A DNA stretch of 37,357 nt. It comes from Malacoraja senta (Eukaryota). Positions 21,777 through 34,572 of this stretch are shown here, one piece after another. Where the stretch lies: the NCBI GenBank assembly GCA_038087875.1, contig JAXLNO010000049.1:1-37357 (forward strand), read 5' to 3'. The translations under genes were made by a program, and so were the position numbers. The notes under the pieces were generated by a model that saw nothing but the letters and a program-made list of their open reading frames with translations, was not told the origin of the DNA and did not search any database. Position 1 is the stretch's first letter, and each line of letters begins with the position of its first letter.

Positions 21777-22623
21777 TTCATTGGCCGCTCTCAGTCTTGA
21801 AAGACCAGGTTTCTGCTCCATGGTGAGGTCTCCAGGTTTGTTGCATGCGTTGGCAATGCCTGCTGTGGCTGACCAGCCCAATTCTTGAGAGACGGTCTAT
21901 GCCACAAATGGATCGAGTCCGGCTTATCACTCGTAACTGCTCCCTCCCGCCCTCGAGTTCCTCTCCAGGGCGCAGGCCTGGGGAAAAGATGGAAACCCTG
22001 GGTTTTCCAAACGTCAGCCCCCACGACCTAACTGGTGGGATCCAAAGGAGTGCCAGGCACGTCGTGTGGCACCAGGTTGGCTGCAGGAGCTGCTGGAAGA
22101 ATGCCAAAAATGAGATACCAATCCTCCTATTGGGGCTCCACTCCAGATTTTCCGTCTGGGTTTATTCCCTTTGCCTTGTCTTCACCAAAAGCTCCCACAA
22201 GGCAGTGGGACTATTTACCCATATCTGGGGATCTGGTTCACGGGCACCCAGATGTGTCCACCACCCGGTGGGCCTCTAGTTCAGCCCGAGTCGGCACGGT
22301 GCTCGGTTTCCGTGTGCCGCCACGGGGAGACACCACAGGATGCGGCTGTTGGAGAGGCTTTATACCGGCAGAGAGAGACTGGCGCACCCGGCTCTCCTCA
22401 CATTGCTGTGAGCTAGTGGTGGCGAGTCACATTCTTCACCAGTGGTGGTGGAGAAGGTACTGCACTGGCAAACACTAACACAAGCACTCACAATCACTAG
22501 CACTGTGCTACCACACTGCAGCGCTAGCATGTAACTATGCTAGATGCATCACAACATCCATTTGGACACCTGGTTAGCCTCTCGGGAGGGAGAGAGAGAC
22601 GGGAGGGGGGAGGTGAGAGTAGG
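21777..22623 (-). mobile_element. Non-autonomous RTE-derived retroelement
   Basis: 10-bp TSD GATCA(C/T)ATCT at 21767-21776 and 22624-22633, inside the Tigger ORF. Minus strand carries RTE-5'UTR-like CTCCTGCAGCCAACCTGGTGCC and RTE-3'-like GTCTTTCAAGACTGAG..GCC (recalled motifs). Confidence 0.6.
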
Positions 22624-22990
22624 GATCATATCTAATCTCATCTCAACTGTGATTGCTTTTTGAGCCTTTTTAGCATTAGTCTCCACTGATAAGGCAGATG
22701 GACATTTTCTAGACATGGTGGGTAGAGAAAATTTGAGCGCATTATTTCAAACGTATGAGTGCGTAAATTAGGCTTTGATATTGATTAAACATGTGTGTCA
22801 TTCCAAATACGGATAAATCAGCCACCTCGCGTCAAACACGGAGTGGCTGTGTAGCATCCAATGCTGTGCTAAAAGCTTTGTTCCTTACCAATTTTATCAC
22901 CCAAGCCAGAATGGTGAGCTGGGCCCACCACACAATCACCACTTCCGTTAATGGCCAGTTTCACATGGAAAGTCAGAAAAACTGGTGGAC

Positions 22991-23400
22991 TAGAGAGGAG
23001 ATGGATGGTTCGCTGACAAACCGTACGAGGGGGAGAGATGGCGGGCCATAGAGGGGCGGTGAGGCCGCCAAGAACAGAGAGGGGATGGGGGGATGAGAGG
23101 GGAGGTGCCGATACTAAAGAGGGTCTCCGTGCTGGGGGGAGACTCAATGAACAAGGAGCAACCCGGTGAAGGGGTCCACTCAGAACAATGAGGGACCCGG
23201 CAAGGGGTAGGCCGCTGTGGACAATGAGAGACCTGGGGACGGGGTGGCCGAGAACAAAGAGTGTCCATCGGGACCCTAATGATTATTTTTGTAACTTTTC
23301 TGACACCAGACACGTGGCGACACTTTGCATAATTTGTGCAATGTAAACAAAAACAAAGAATTTCACTGTACATGGGTACGTGCGATAATACAGTATAATT
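22991..23400 (+). repeat. Unclassified SINE-like repeat: G-rich body with LINE-like 3' tail
   Basis: Repeated GAACAAWGAG-like motifs, ending AAACAAAGAATTTCACTGTACATG..GATAATA, which resembles Rex1-type tails. Confidence 0.35.
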
Positions 23401-23819
23401 AAATTGAATGTTGAGCTGCAGACTGAAGATAGTTTTGTTTAATCTCCGGATCATTAGCAGAGATTTCAAATCCCAAAGTTTTGTCCATTCTCTTTTTGGC
23501 TTACAGAGAAACTCTGGTCCATTGATGCATCTCTTATTGCTTAAGAAGCGGTCTGCTGTCAGTCCTCTGGAAGCTTCATCTGCAGGATTTCCTTTTGTGT
23601 GAACATATTTCCATTGTGAAACATTAGTAGCTCCCAAAATCAAAGAGATTATGTTTGCTACAAACATTTGCTACAAGACACGTTTGTTCTCATTATTGAA
23701 GTATTTAAGCACCGTAGCACTATAGAAACATAGAAACATAGAAAATAGGTGCAGGAGTAGGCCATTCGTCCCTTCGAGCCTGCACCGCCATTCAATATGA
23801 TCATGGCTGATCATCCAAT

Positions 23820-26593
23820 TCAGTATCCTGTACCTGCCTTCTCTCCATACCCCCTGATCCTTTTAGCCACAAGGGCCACATCTAACTCCCTCTTAAATAT
23901 AGCCAATGAACTGGCCTCAACTACCTTCTGTGGCAGAGAGTTCCAGAGATTCACCACTCTGTGTGAAAAATGTTTTTCTCATCTCGGTCCTAAAGGATTT
24001 CCCCTTAATCCTTAAACTGTGACCCCTTGTCCTGGACTACCCCAACATCGGTAACAATCTTCCTGCATCTAGCCTGTCCAACCCCTTAAGAATTTTGTAA
24101 GTTTCTATAAGATCCCCCCTAAATTCTAGCGAGTACAAGCCGAGTCTATCCAGTCTTTCTTCATATGAAAGTCCTGACATCCAGGAATCAATCTGGTGAA
24201 CCTTCTCTGTACTCCCTCTATGGCAAGAATGTCTTTCCTCAGATTTGGAGACCAAAACTGTACGCAATACTCCAGGTGTGGTCTCACCAAGACCCTGTAC
24301 AACTGCAGTAGAACCTCCCTGCTCCTATACTCAAATCCTTTTGCTATGAATGCTAACATACCATTCGCTTTCTTCACTGCCTGCTGCACCTGCATGCCTA
24401 CTTTCAATGACTGGTGTACCATGACACCCAGGTCTCGTTGCATCTCCCCTTTTCCTAATCGGCCACCATTTAGATAATAGTCTACTTTCCTGTTTTTGCC
24501 ACCAAAGTGGATAACCTCACATTTATCTACATTATACTGCATCTGCCCACTCACCCAGCCTATCCAAGTCACCTTGCAGCCTCCTAGCATCTTCCTCACA
24601 GCTAACACTGCCCCCCAGCTTCGTGTCATCCGCAAACTTGGAGATGTTGCATTCAATTCCCTCGTCCAAATCATTAATATATATTGTAAATAGCTGGGGT
24701 CCCGGCACTGAGCCTTGCGGTACCCCACTAGTCAATGCCTGCCATTCTGAAAAGGACCCGTTTACTCCTACTCTTTGCTTCCTGTTTGCCAGCCAGTTCT
24801 CTATCCACATCAATACTGAACCCCCAATACCGTGTGCTTTAAGTTTGTATACTAATCTCTTATCTGGGACCTTGTCGAAAGCCTTCTGAAAGTCCAGATA
24901 TAACACATCCACTGGTTCTCCCTTATCCACTCTACTAGTTACATCCTCGAAAAATTCTATAAGATTCGTCAGACATGATTTACCTTTCGTAAATCCATGC
25001 TGACTTTGTCCAATGATTTCACCACTTTCCAAATGTGCTGCTATCCCATCTTTAATAACTGACTAGCAGTTTCCCCACTAATGATGTTAGACTAACTGGT
25101 CTGTAATTCCCCGTTTTCTCTCTCCCTCCCTTCTTGAAAAGCGGGGTTACGTTTGCTACCCGCCAATCCTCAGGAACTACTCCAGAATCTAAAGAGTTTT
25201 GAAAGATTATTACTAATGCATCCACTATTTCTGGAGCTACTTCCTTAAGTACTCTGGGATGCAGCCTATCTGGCCCTGGGGATTTATCGGCCTTTAATCC
25301 ATTCAATTTACCTAACACCACTTCCCGGCTAACCTGGATTTCACTCAGTTCCTCTATCTCATTTGACCCGCGGTCCCCTGCTATTTCCGGCAGATTATTT
25401 ATGTCTTCCTTAGTGAAGACAGAACCAAAGTAGTAATTCAATTGGTCTGCCATGTCCTTGTTCCCCATGATCAGTTCACCGGTTTTTGACTGCAAGGGAC
25501 CTACATTTGTTTTAACTAATCTCTTTCTCTTCACATATCTATAAAAACTTTTGCAGTCAGTTTTTATGTTCCCTGCCAGTTTTCTTTCATAATCTATTTT
25601 CCCTTTCCTAATTAAGACCTTTGTCCTCCTCTGCAAGTCTCTGAATTTCTCCCAGTCCTCTGGTAGGCTGCTTTTTCTGGCTAATTAGTACGTTTCATCT
25701 TTTGTTTTGATAGTAGCCCTGATTTCCCTTGTTATCCACGGATACACTACCTTCCCTGATTGATTATTTTGCGAAACTGGGATGAACAATTTTTGTAGTT
25801 CATCCATGCAGTCTTTAAATGCCTTCCATTGCATATCCACCGTCAACCCTTTAAGAATCAATTGCCAGTCAATCTTGGCGAATTCACGTTTCATACCCTC
25901 AAAGTTACCTTTCTTTAAGTTTTGAACCCTTGTTTCTGAATTAACAATGTCACTCTCCATCCTAATGAAGAACTCAACCATATTATGGTCACTCTTGTCC
26001 AAGGGGCCATGCACAACAAGACTGCTAACTAACTCTTCCTCATTACTCAATACCCAGTCTAGAATAGTCTGCTCTCTCGTTGGTTCCTCTACATGTTGGT
26101 TTAGAAAACTATCCCGCATACATTCCAAGAAATCCTCTTCCTCAGCACCCCTGCCAATGTGATTCACCCAGTCTATATGTGGATTGAAGTCACCCATTAT
26201 AACTGTTTTACCTTTGTTGCATGCATTTCTAATTTCCTGTTTGATGCCATCCCCAACTCCACTACTACTGTTAGGTGGCCTGTACACAACACCCACTAGC
26301 GTTTTCTGCCCCTTAGTGTCTCTCAGCTCTACCGATATCGATTCCACATCCTCCAAGCTAATATCCTTCCTTTCCATTGCATTAATCTCCTCTCTAACCA
26401 GCAACGCTACCCCACCTCCTTTTCCTTTCTGTCTATCCCTCCTGAATATTGAATATCCCTGGATGTTCAGCTCCCAGCCTTGGTCACCCTGGAGCCATGT
26501 CTCCGTGATCCCAACTATATCATAATCATTAATAGCTCTCTGCACGTTCAACTCATCCAGCTTATTACGAATGCTCCTTGCATTGAGACACAA
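23820..26593 (-). pseudogene. CR1 ORF2 (APE endonuclease + RT), frameshifted
   Basis: [46 protein letters not shown] across ORFs 25685-26593, 25052-25636, 24532-25032 and 24126-24728. Confidence 0.95.
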
Positions 26594-26910
26594 AGCCTTC
26601 AGGCTTGTTTTTACAACGCTCTTACCCCTTATACAATTATGTTGAAAAGTGGCCCTTTTTGATTTTTGCGCTGGATGTGTCTGCCTGCCACGTTATCTTT
26701 TCACCTTGCTACCTATTGCTTCCGCCCGCATTTTACACCCCTCTGTTTCTCTGCTCACCCATTTAAGAACCCCACCACCTCTTATTCTCTGTTTATTATT
26801 TTCTTCTTCTTTCCTCCCTACCTGTTGGGTCTGAGTGCTTCCCTTCTCTGCCTCCTGCCTCACACACTGTCTCCAAGCTTTCTCTATTTGAGTCCCTCCC
26901 CCCAACCATT

Positions 26911-27885
26911 CTAGTTTAAAGTCTCCGTAGTAGCCTTTGCAAATCTCCCCGCCAGGATATTGGTCCCCCTCGGGTTCAAGTGCAACCCGTCCTTTTTGTA
27001 CAGGTCACGCCTTCCCCAAAAGAGGTCCCAATGATCCAGAAACTTGAATCCCTGCCCATTGCACCAGTCCTTCTGCCCCGCATTGATCCTCCACCTCGCT
27101 CCATTCCTACTCTCACTGTCGCGTGGCACAGGCAGTAATCCCGAGATTGTTACCTTTGCGGTCCTTCTCCTTAACTCTCCTTCTAACTGCCTAAATTCTC
27201 CTTTCAGGACCACTTCCCTTTTTCTACCTATGTCATTGGTACCTATATGTACCACGACCTCAGGCTCCTCTCCCTCCCATTTCAGGATATCTTGGACACG
27301 TTCAGACACATCCCGGACCCTGGCACCAGGGAGGCAAACTACCATCCGGGTCTCCTGACTGCGTCCACAGATTCGCCTATCTGACCCCCTAACTATAGAG
27401 TCCCCTATTACTACTGCCCTTCTCTTCTTTTCCTTACCCTTCTGAGCAACAGGGCCGGTCTCTGTACCAGAGGCCTGGCCGCTGTCGCTACTCCCAGATA
27501 GGCTGTCCCCCCCAACAGTACTCAAACAGGAGTACTTATTGTCAAGGTGTACAGCCACCGGGGTACTCTCTAGTCCTTGCCTCTGCCCCTTGCCCCTCCT
27601 AACCGTGACCCACTTGCCTGCCTCCTATGGTCTTGGAGTGACCACCTCTCTATAACTCCTCTCTATGACTTCCTCGCTCTCCCTGACCAGACGGAGGTCA
27701 TCCAGCTTCCTAATACGGTTCCTTAGGAGCCCCATGGTTCCTTAGGAGTCATCCAGGTTCCTAATACGGTTCCTTAGGAGCCCCATCTCAATGCACCTGG
27801 CGCAGATGTGGACGTCTGGAAGACTATCAGATTCCTTGACCTCCCACATCTGACATCCAGAACAGTAAACTGCTCTGGCCCTCAT
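26911..27885 (-). pseudogene. CR1 ORF1 (zinc finger/coiled coil + SGNH esterase)
   Basis: MRARAVYCSGCQMWE..CARC; VIGDSIVR, HIGTNDI, DGLHLN. Disrupted by a local duplication at about 27707-27786. Confidence 0.92.
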
Positions 27886-28088
27886 ACTCCTCCTGTACCT
27901 AGGATACAATACAAATACAATACAAGTACAATACGATACAATACAAAGTATAATCTGCTGGAAGAAATCAGCAGGGATCTGACTCCCAATCAGCTGCTTC
28001 CTCTAGTCCGCTTCCACCAATCAGCGGCTTCCTCAAGCCCACTTGTTTTGGACTGTAAACTGCGAATGGAACGTTACCGATTTGGGTC

Positions 28089-28376
28089 CCAACGGCTCCC
28101 GGGCCTCTGTGGATCGAAGCCCATGCGATGGGGTTTTGTACTCACCGCCCAGACTTTACTCCTCCCACTGCAACAGCTCCAACGGCTCCCGGGCCACTGT
28201 GGAACGAAGCCCCGCGATGGGGTTTTGTACTCACTGCCCAGACTTTACTCCTCCCACTGCAACAGCTCCAACGGCTCTCGGGCCTCTGTGGAGCGAAGCC
28301 CCGCGATGGGGTTTTGTACTCACCGCCCGGACTTTACTCCTCCCACTGCAACAGCTCCAACGGTTCCCGGGCCTCT
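28089..28376 (-). repeat. 89-90-bp tandem monomers (about 3.2 copies) forming the CR1 5' end
   Basis: CCAACGG unit starts at 28089, 28179, 28268 and 28357. Confidence 0.95.
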
Positions 28377-29439
28377 ATCGGTGCAGAAGATAGATTCTTC
28401 CAGTTGAAGCTGTAGTTCCTTTTGCAGCAATATGTCAACTTTTAACAGTGAAGACTGCGGCAGTAAGTTCCATTCAGGGAATTGTCATTTGTTTCAATGA
28501 TGCCACTCTGGCCTTTCCCGTTAAGAATGCAACATGTACTTCTTTGTTATCATTTTCCAGTCTTAGATATGAAACAGTACCATAGCCACTTTCACTGGCA
28601 TCTGAGAAATGATGCAGCTGTACACCTCTGATCTTACCAAAGCTTGTAGGAATCATGCACCGGTCCACTTTGAATTCTGAGATCTTGTGGAGATCTGCTA
28701 ACCATTCTGTCTATTGATGAGAGGAAGTTTGAGTTATACTCTCATCCCGTCCAAGTTTTTCCTGACAAAGATCCTGCAAAATCAACTTGGCTGGCAGTGT
28801 AAATGGTGCAAGAAATCCCAAAGGGTCCTAAACGGAACCAAACACGGATAGGATAGCCCTTCTAGTACATGGTCGCTCTTGAATCGAGATTCTGATCTTG
28901 AACACATCTGTTTCAACGCACCAGTGCAGTCCCAATGCTCTTTCCATTGGCAAATTGTCTTTGTCCAAATCCAATTCTCTGGTCTCCATCTGGTGGAATG
29001 TTTTCCAATACAACACGACTGTTGCTGATCCACTTGGAAAGCGTGAATCCTCCCTTATTGCAGAGGGAAGTCAGATGTTTTACCATTTGAATTGCTTCCT
29101 GCTCAGTAGACATGGATTTTAAGCAATCATCCACATAGAAATTATTCTTCAAAGTGGTTATCACTTCTTCTGGAAAGTGAACTTTATTGTCCTCTGCGGT
29201 CTCCTTTAATGCAAAATGATTCCAGCATTCGCACTCTCTTGCAACTCTTCCTTTTAAACAACGAAATGGTACTGGGACAATTAATTCCAACAATTTTCCA
29301 ACCACCCAAGTTAAAATAATTTGCCTGCAACTCTAGTTTATCTCTTCTGCTTTTTAAACAATAATATGGTGTAAAAAGTACTCCTGATCCTGACACCATT
29401 CCTGATCAAACACTTAAGGTCAGAGTTCTATAGCTTCAT

Positions 29440-29497
29440 TGCGTCTTACGTAGGTTCGACTGCGTACATGATCCAAATGCCTCCTAACAACAACGTT
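29440..29497 (-). mobile_element. Tiny Gypsy integrase C-terminal remnant
   Basis: VVRRHLDHVRSRT; compare IRRHVDQI in the element at 35834-36334. Confidence 0.45.
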
Positions 29498-31297
29498 AGA
29501 AATGTGGCTGTTTGCTGGTGAGGGCACAGCCCTACCCTCCAATCATATATTTTGAGGGAATCAGAGGCCTTGACAAGTTCCATGTTGAGGCTGATTTGAG
29601 CACACTCTTGGGACAGGTCCCATTAAATGAGTGTATTTTTCTAGTTTTTACGTGGCTCGTCCATGTTGGTCACTTCCAGCGAGAATCCACAGGTCCAAGC
29701 AGGGCCCGGTTCTAGGTGATTGGGGGACTGGCTCGATCTATGATGTCTAGATGTTTGGGGGCTGACTTGATCTGGGATGTCAGTATGAATAGGACTGCTC
29801 TTTGTTCACCAAGCGAGGAGTTCACCACCGTACGGGTGACGGTCTGAGCTGTCGCGTCGTCTGGCTAGTATTGTTACCATATTTACATCAACTATTGTTT
29901 TGCTTTTTATTTATTTTTAATGTTTATTACGAGGTGATTAATGTATATGCACAGACAGCATGCCCATTTTTATTAATCGCAATATGTCCAATGTTAGGGC
30001 TATTGTCAGATCCGACAAATTTTTCGAGAAGGATTTGTACCTTTCGATCTTGAGGTATTGCATTAGGGTGTCGTTCAAATCATACCATTTTCCTCGAGCA
30101 CCCATCACGAATCCAAAGAATTGGACAGATGTCCCCTTGGTCATTTCAGCAATCTGTCCCCTCAGATGCTCGTACTTCCTGGTCTTTTCTGTCCACGCAC
30201 GCTCCAGTTCCATGTTGTTACTCTCATATCGACCACTGCCACTTCCTGCCCTTTGACAAATATCACAGTCTTCCGTCCTCCATCCTCCATTCTAAACCTT
30301 GGTTCGATGTGGACAGTCCATCCGTACTTGACAACATGTGCCTTTAGTTTGTCCATGATCTTGTTGTGGCGTTTAATGCGTGCGTTCTTGACCGCGGGAC
30401 ATTGTCCGGAGATGTTTGCCAGTGCACACCTTCTGCACAGTTTGGCCATGTTGGGGGCGGCCGTATGAAAGGATACATCTAGTTGGGCATAGATTGCATC
30501 CGAGTAGTAGTCTTTTAATGAATTGCGACCGTTTCATTTTGTGTCGTCCGTTCAGCCATGTATTTGATGTCGCGTCGTTCTTGAAATAGTGGATGCCGGG
30601 GCCCTGGGCTTAGTCCATTTCTTGAATTCCCATTTTTGCCATCCCGCATATTTGTTCACGGGTTTGGCTTTTCCTGCAATTCCGGGTATGTTTCGCAGCC
30701 TTATGTCCAATGGAGTACCAGGTATATTCTCTTCCTCTTCCCATATGGTAGAGAGACCCGCCTCCTCGTTATTTGATTGGGCAGGCTCGAGAAATAATTG
30801 TATTTCTCTAAGCACTCTTAGATTTTTAAGTTTGGTTATGTGCTCTGTGTTGCTGTTTCCTCGGAACTGGAATGATGCAAAGATGACTGCATCTTCAGAT
30901 TTTTCGAGGGATTCGAGTTTCCGGATGATTGCAGATGGAATTTGCACTTCACGCTTTGGTAGACCGAGGCCACTGTCCTTATTTTTGGAATATAGTATTC
31001 TGTCTGTAGTGTCAGCAGGAAGGTGTATCTCCTTCACTGCTTTCTTGATGATGTTGTCCAGTTTTATTACCATGTTTTGAGATACTTCCATAAGGATAAG
31101 GTGGTAATATATTGTCGGGATCATGTGTGTTTCTAGGATTTCGAGTTTCTGTGTCGGCTTGAGTTCTGCCGCTTTCAGACTCGTAATCCAAGTATTAAGT
31201 TTTGCCGATCAGTTGTCCTCAGTCACTCCTGTCCATGGATCTATTCGAGCTCCCAGGTATTTTTCGAGCTCACCCGGTTCGATGTAGTTCACTGGTT

Positions 31298-34200
31298 ACA
31301 TAGAAACATAGAAAATAGGTGCAGGAGTAGGCCATTCGGCCCTTCGAGCCTGCACCACCATTCAATATGATCATGGCTGATCATCCAACTCAGTATCCTG
31401 TACCTGCCTTCTCTCCATACCCCCTGATCCCTTTAGCCACAAGGGCCACATCTAACTCCCTCTTAAATAATAATAATAATAATAATAATAATACATTTTA
31501 TTTGTATAACGCTTTTCAAGGACTCAAAGTCGCTTTACATGGAGAGTCAAAAACAAAACAAAATAGAGCAGTAAGACAGAGATGCAAAGGGGAGGGGGAC
31601 ATGGGACTAAGGGTATGCAGAGGTGAAGAGATGGGTCTTGAGGCGGGACTGGAGGATGGTGAGGGACTCAGAATTTCGGATCAATTGTGGGAGGGAGTTC
31701 CAGAGCCTGGGAACTGCCCAGGAGAAGGCTCTGTCTCCAAAGGTGCAGAGGTTGGATTTCGGAATGGAGAGGAGACCGGCTGATGTGGATCTGAGGGACC
31801 GTGAGGGTTGGTAGGGGGAGAGGAGGTCAGTGAGATAAGGGGGGGCCAAGTGGTTGAGGGCTTTGTAGGTGAGGACCAGGATTTTGTAGATGATCCAGTG
31901 GGAAATGGGAAGGCAGTGAAGTTCTTTGAGAACTGGGGTGATGTGGTGCCAGAATTTGGTGTGGGAGATGAGTCGGGCGGCTGCATTCTGGACCAGTTGG
32001 AGTTGGTTGATGTTGCTGGAATTAATGCTAAAGAGAAGAGAGTTACAGTAGTCCAGTCGGGAGGAGATGAAGGCATGGATGAGTCTTTCAGCAGCGGGGG
32101 GTGTGAGAGAGGGTCTGATTTTGGCAATGTTGTGGAGGTGAAAAAATGATGTTTTGACAACATGGCGGATGTGAGGCTCAAGGGAGAGGGTTGAGTCAAA
32201 GATCACGCCAAGGTTGCGGGCCTGAGGAGATGGGGAGACAGTGGTGCCGTCAATAGTGAGAGTGGGGTTGTTAATTTTGGTAAGTGTTGATTTGGAGCCA
32301 ATGAGGAGAAATTCTGTTTTGTTACTGTTTAATTTAAGGAAGTTGAGTTGCATCCAAGATTTGATGGCTGACGGACAGGAGTTGATATGGGAGAGAGGGG
32401 GGGTGGTGGGGGGACTTGGTGCTGAGATAGATCTGGGTGTCATCAGCATAGCAATGGAAGTCCAGGTTGAAGTGACGGAGTATATGACCATGGGGGAGGA
32501 TGTAGATGATGAAGAGGAGGGGCCCGAGAACAGAGCCTTGGGGAACGCCTTGAGAGACAGTGGCTGTGGCAGAGGTGTGGAAAGGTAGGAACGGAGCCAG
32601 CTGAGTGCAGAACCTTCAATGCCAAGGTCTTTAAGTCTGGCAAGCAGGATGTTATGGTTCACGGTATCGAAGGCTGCACTCAGGTCGAGGAGGATGAGGA
32701 TGTTGAGGGAACCATTGTCAGCAGAGGTGAGGAGGTCGTTGAGGACTTTGAGGAGAGCAGTTTCTCTGCTATGGAGGGGCGAAAGCCAGATTGGAGGGGT
32801 TCGAATAGGTTATACATGAGGAGGTGGGAATGAAGTTGTGACGCGACGATACGCTCCAGGGTTTTTGAAAGAAAGGGGAGGTTTGAGATAGGGCGGTAGT
32901 TAATGAGAGAGGAGGGATCAAGACCAGGTTTCTTTAAGATTGGTGTGACAGCAGCAGTTTTGAAAGCAGAGGGGACAATTCCTTGGGACAATGAGGAGTT
33001 GAAAAGATTAGTGAGGTAGGGGCAGAGAGCCGGGAGGTAGGACTTCAGCAGGGGAGTGGGGAGAGGGTCGAGGGAGCAGGTAGTGCGTTTGGAAGAGCTG
33101 ATGAGTTTGGAGATTTCAGTAGGGGTGACCGGGTCAAACTGGGAGAGGAAGCAGTGTGGAGGAGGGGTAAGGAGGTCAGTGGAGATGTTGAAAGGAGGGG
33201 CCTTGGTAAGTGGTGGAGTAGATGCTGGGGAGTCGGGTACAGGGGATAAAGATTGATAGATGGTGCTGATTTTGTCAGCGAAAAAGTGGAGGAATGAGTT
33301 GCAGAGATCCGGAGTGGAGGTAGGGAGAGTTGGCTCGAGGCTTGAGGAGGTTGCACACTGTGGAATAGAGGGTTCTGTGGTTTCGGCAGGGGTCGGTGAA
33401 TATGGAGGAGAGGTAGGCAGATTTAGCAGCAATGAGGGCATCTTTGTAGGCAGTGAGGTGGAGTTTGTAAGTTTCATGGTGGACTGTGAGAGATGATTTC
33501 TTTATGAGTGTTTCAAGTCGGCGGCCAGTCTGTTTCAGCTTACAAAATGCAGGTGTGTACCAGGGTGAAGATTTATTAAAAGTTACGGTTCTTGTTTTGA
33601 AGGGGGCCAGAGTGTTAAGGGAAGTAGACAAGGTGGAATTGAGATGGTTTGTGAGATCATCAGGTGAGATGTGGGTTGAGTCCAGGGGGAGAGTGGTGGA
33701 GAGCAGGTCAGAGAGATGGTGGGGGTCAATGGATTTTAGATTATGGAAGGTGATTTCTCGGAGGAAGCGGGGGCGAGGTGTTGGAGAAGGGATGGTGAAC
33801 CATATAAGCTTATGATCAGAGAGGAGGAAGAGGCATGGATGGAGGTCGAGTACCGGTTGATTTGTGGAGCAGACCAATGAACTGACCTCAACTACCTTCT
33901 GTGGCAGAGAGTTCCAGAGATTCACCACTCTCTGTGTGAAAAATGTTTTTCTCATCTCGGTCCTAAAGGATTTCCCCTTTATCCTTCAACTGTGACCCCT
34001 TGTCCTGGACTTCCCCAACATCGGGAACAATCTTCCTGCATCTAGCCTGTCCAACCCCTTAAGAATTTTGTAAGTTTCTATAAGATATCCCCTCAATCTT
34101 CTAAATTCTAGCGAGTACAAGCTGAGTCTATCCAGTCTTTCTTCATATGAAAGTCCTGACATCCCATGAATCAGTCTGGTGAACCTTCTCTGTACTCCCT

Positions 34201-34572
34201 CTACGGCAAGAATGTCCTCAGATTTGGAGACCAAAACTGTACGCAATACTCCAGGTGTGGTCTCACCAAGACCCTGTACAACTGCAGTAGAACCACCCTG
34301 CTCCTATACTCAAATCCTTTTGCTATGAATGCTAACATACCATTCGCTTTCTTCACTGCCTGCTGCACCTGCATGCCTACTTTGAATGACTGGTGTACCA
34401 TGACACCCAGGTCTCGTGGAATCTCCCCTTTTCCTAATCGGCCACCATTCAGATAATAGTCTACTTTCCTGTTTTTGCCACCAAAGTGGATAACCTCACA
34501 TTTATCCACATTATACTGCATCTGCCATGCATTTGCCTACTCACCCAGCCTATCCATTGTTGCGCACTCACC
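31298..34572 (-). mobile_element. CR1 LINE, 5' truncated, inserted in R2 (pieces 33874-34572 and 31298-31467)
   Basis: Near-identical to the 3' part of the 23724-28374 CR1, with CATAGAAA tail. 8-bp TSD CA(C/G)TGGTT at 31290-31297 and 34573-34580. Confidence 0.93.
31466..33873 (-). mobile_element. L2 LINE, 5' truncated, inserted in CR1
   Basis: SDH, NYRPISNLPFLSKTLE, LDLSAAFDTVNH, ARNLGVIFD, SRLDYCNSLL, LQLVQNAAARL, GDRAFS. (AAT)n tail at 31466-31492. Confidence 0.95.

Larger units (their letters stand above)
15010..22990 (-). mobile_element. Tigger/pogo DNA transposon, fragmented into 22624-22990, 21621-21776, 21030-21286 and 15010-15121
   Basis: ATG 22716 MSRKCPS..KKAQKAITVEMRLD; LSESTVHSI (psq HTH); FNASSGWFANFRQR..GETASAD (CENP-B HTH); IVEEGGYSARQIFNQNETALFWKRM (start of DDE domain). 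Termini not resolved. Confidence 0.85.
23724..28374 (-). mobile_element. Full-length CR1 LINE with disrupted ORFs, inserted in BEL
   Basis: 5' UTR with monomers, ORF1, ORF2 and (TTTCTATG)n tail. CTAT is duplicated at 23720-23723 and 28375-28378. Confidence 0.96.
23410..29215 (-). mobile_element. BEL/Pao LTR retrotransposon pol fragment (RT/RNase H), pieces 28375-29215 and 23410-23723
   Basis: [75 protein letters not shown]. Confidence 0.93.

Noticed and set aside
27808..28415. Plus-strand ORFs of 199, 116 and 95 aa with internal repeats
   Set aside because: By-products of the stop-poor 89-bp monomer array, antisense to the CR1 5' UTR.
29473..29483. CCAAATGCCTC, identical to part of the 28S R2 target, near the R2 3' end
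   Set aside because: Wrong strand for an R2 junction, about 110 bp from the inferred end, no further rDNA similarity, and explained as the RRHLD codons of a Gypsy integrase remnant.
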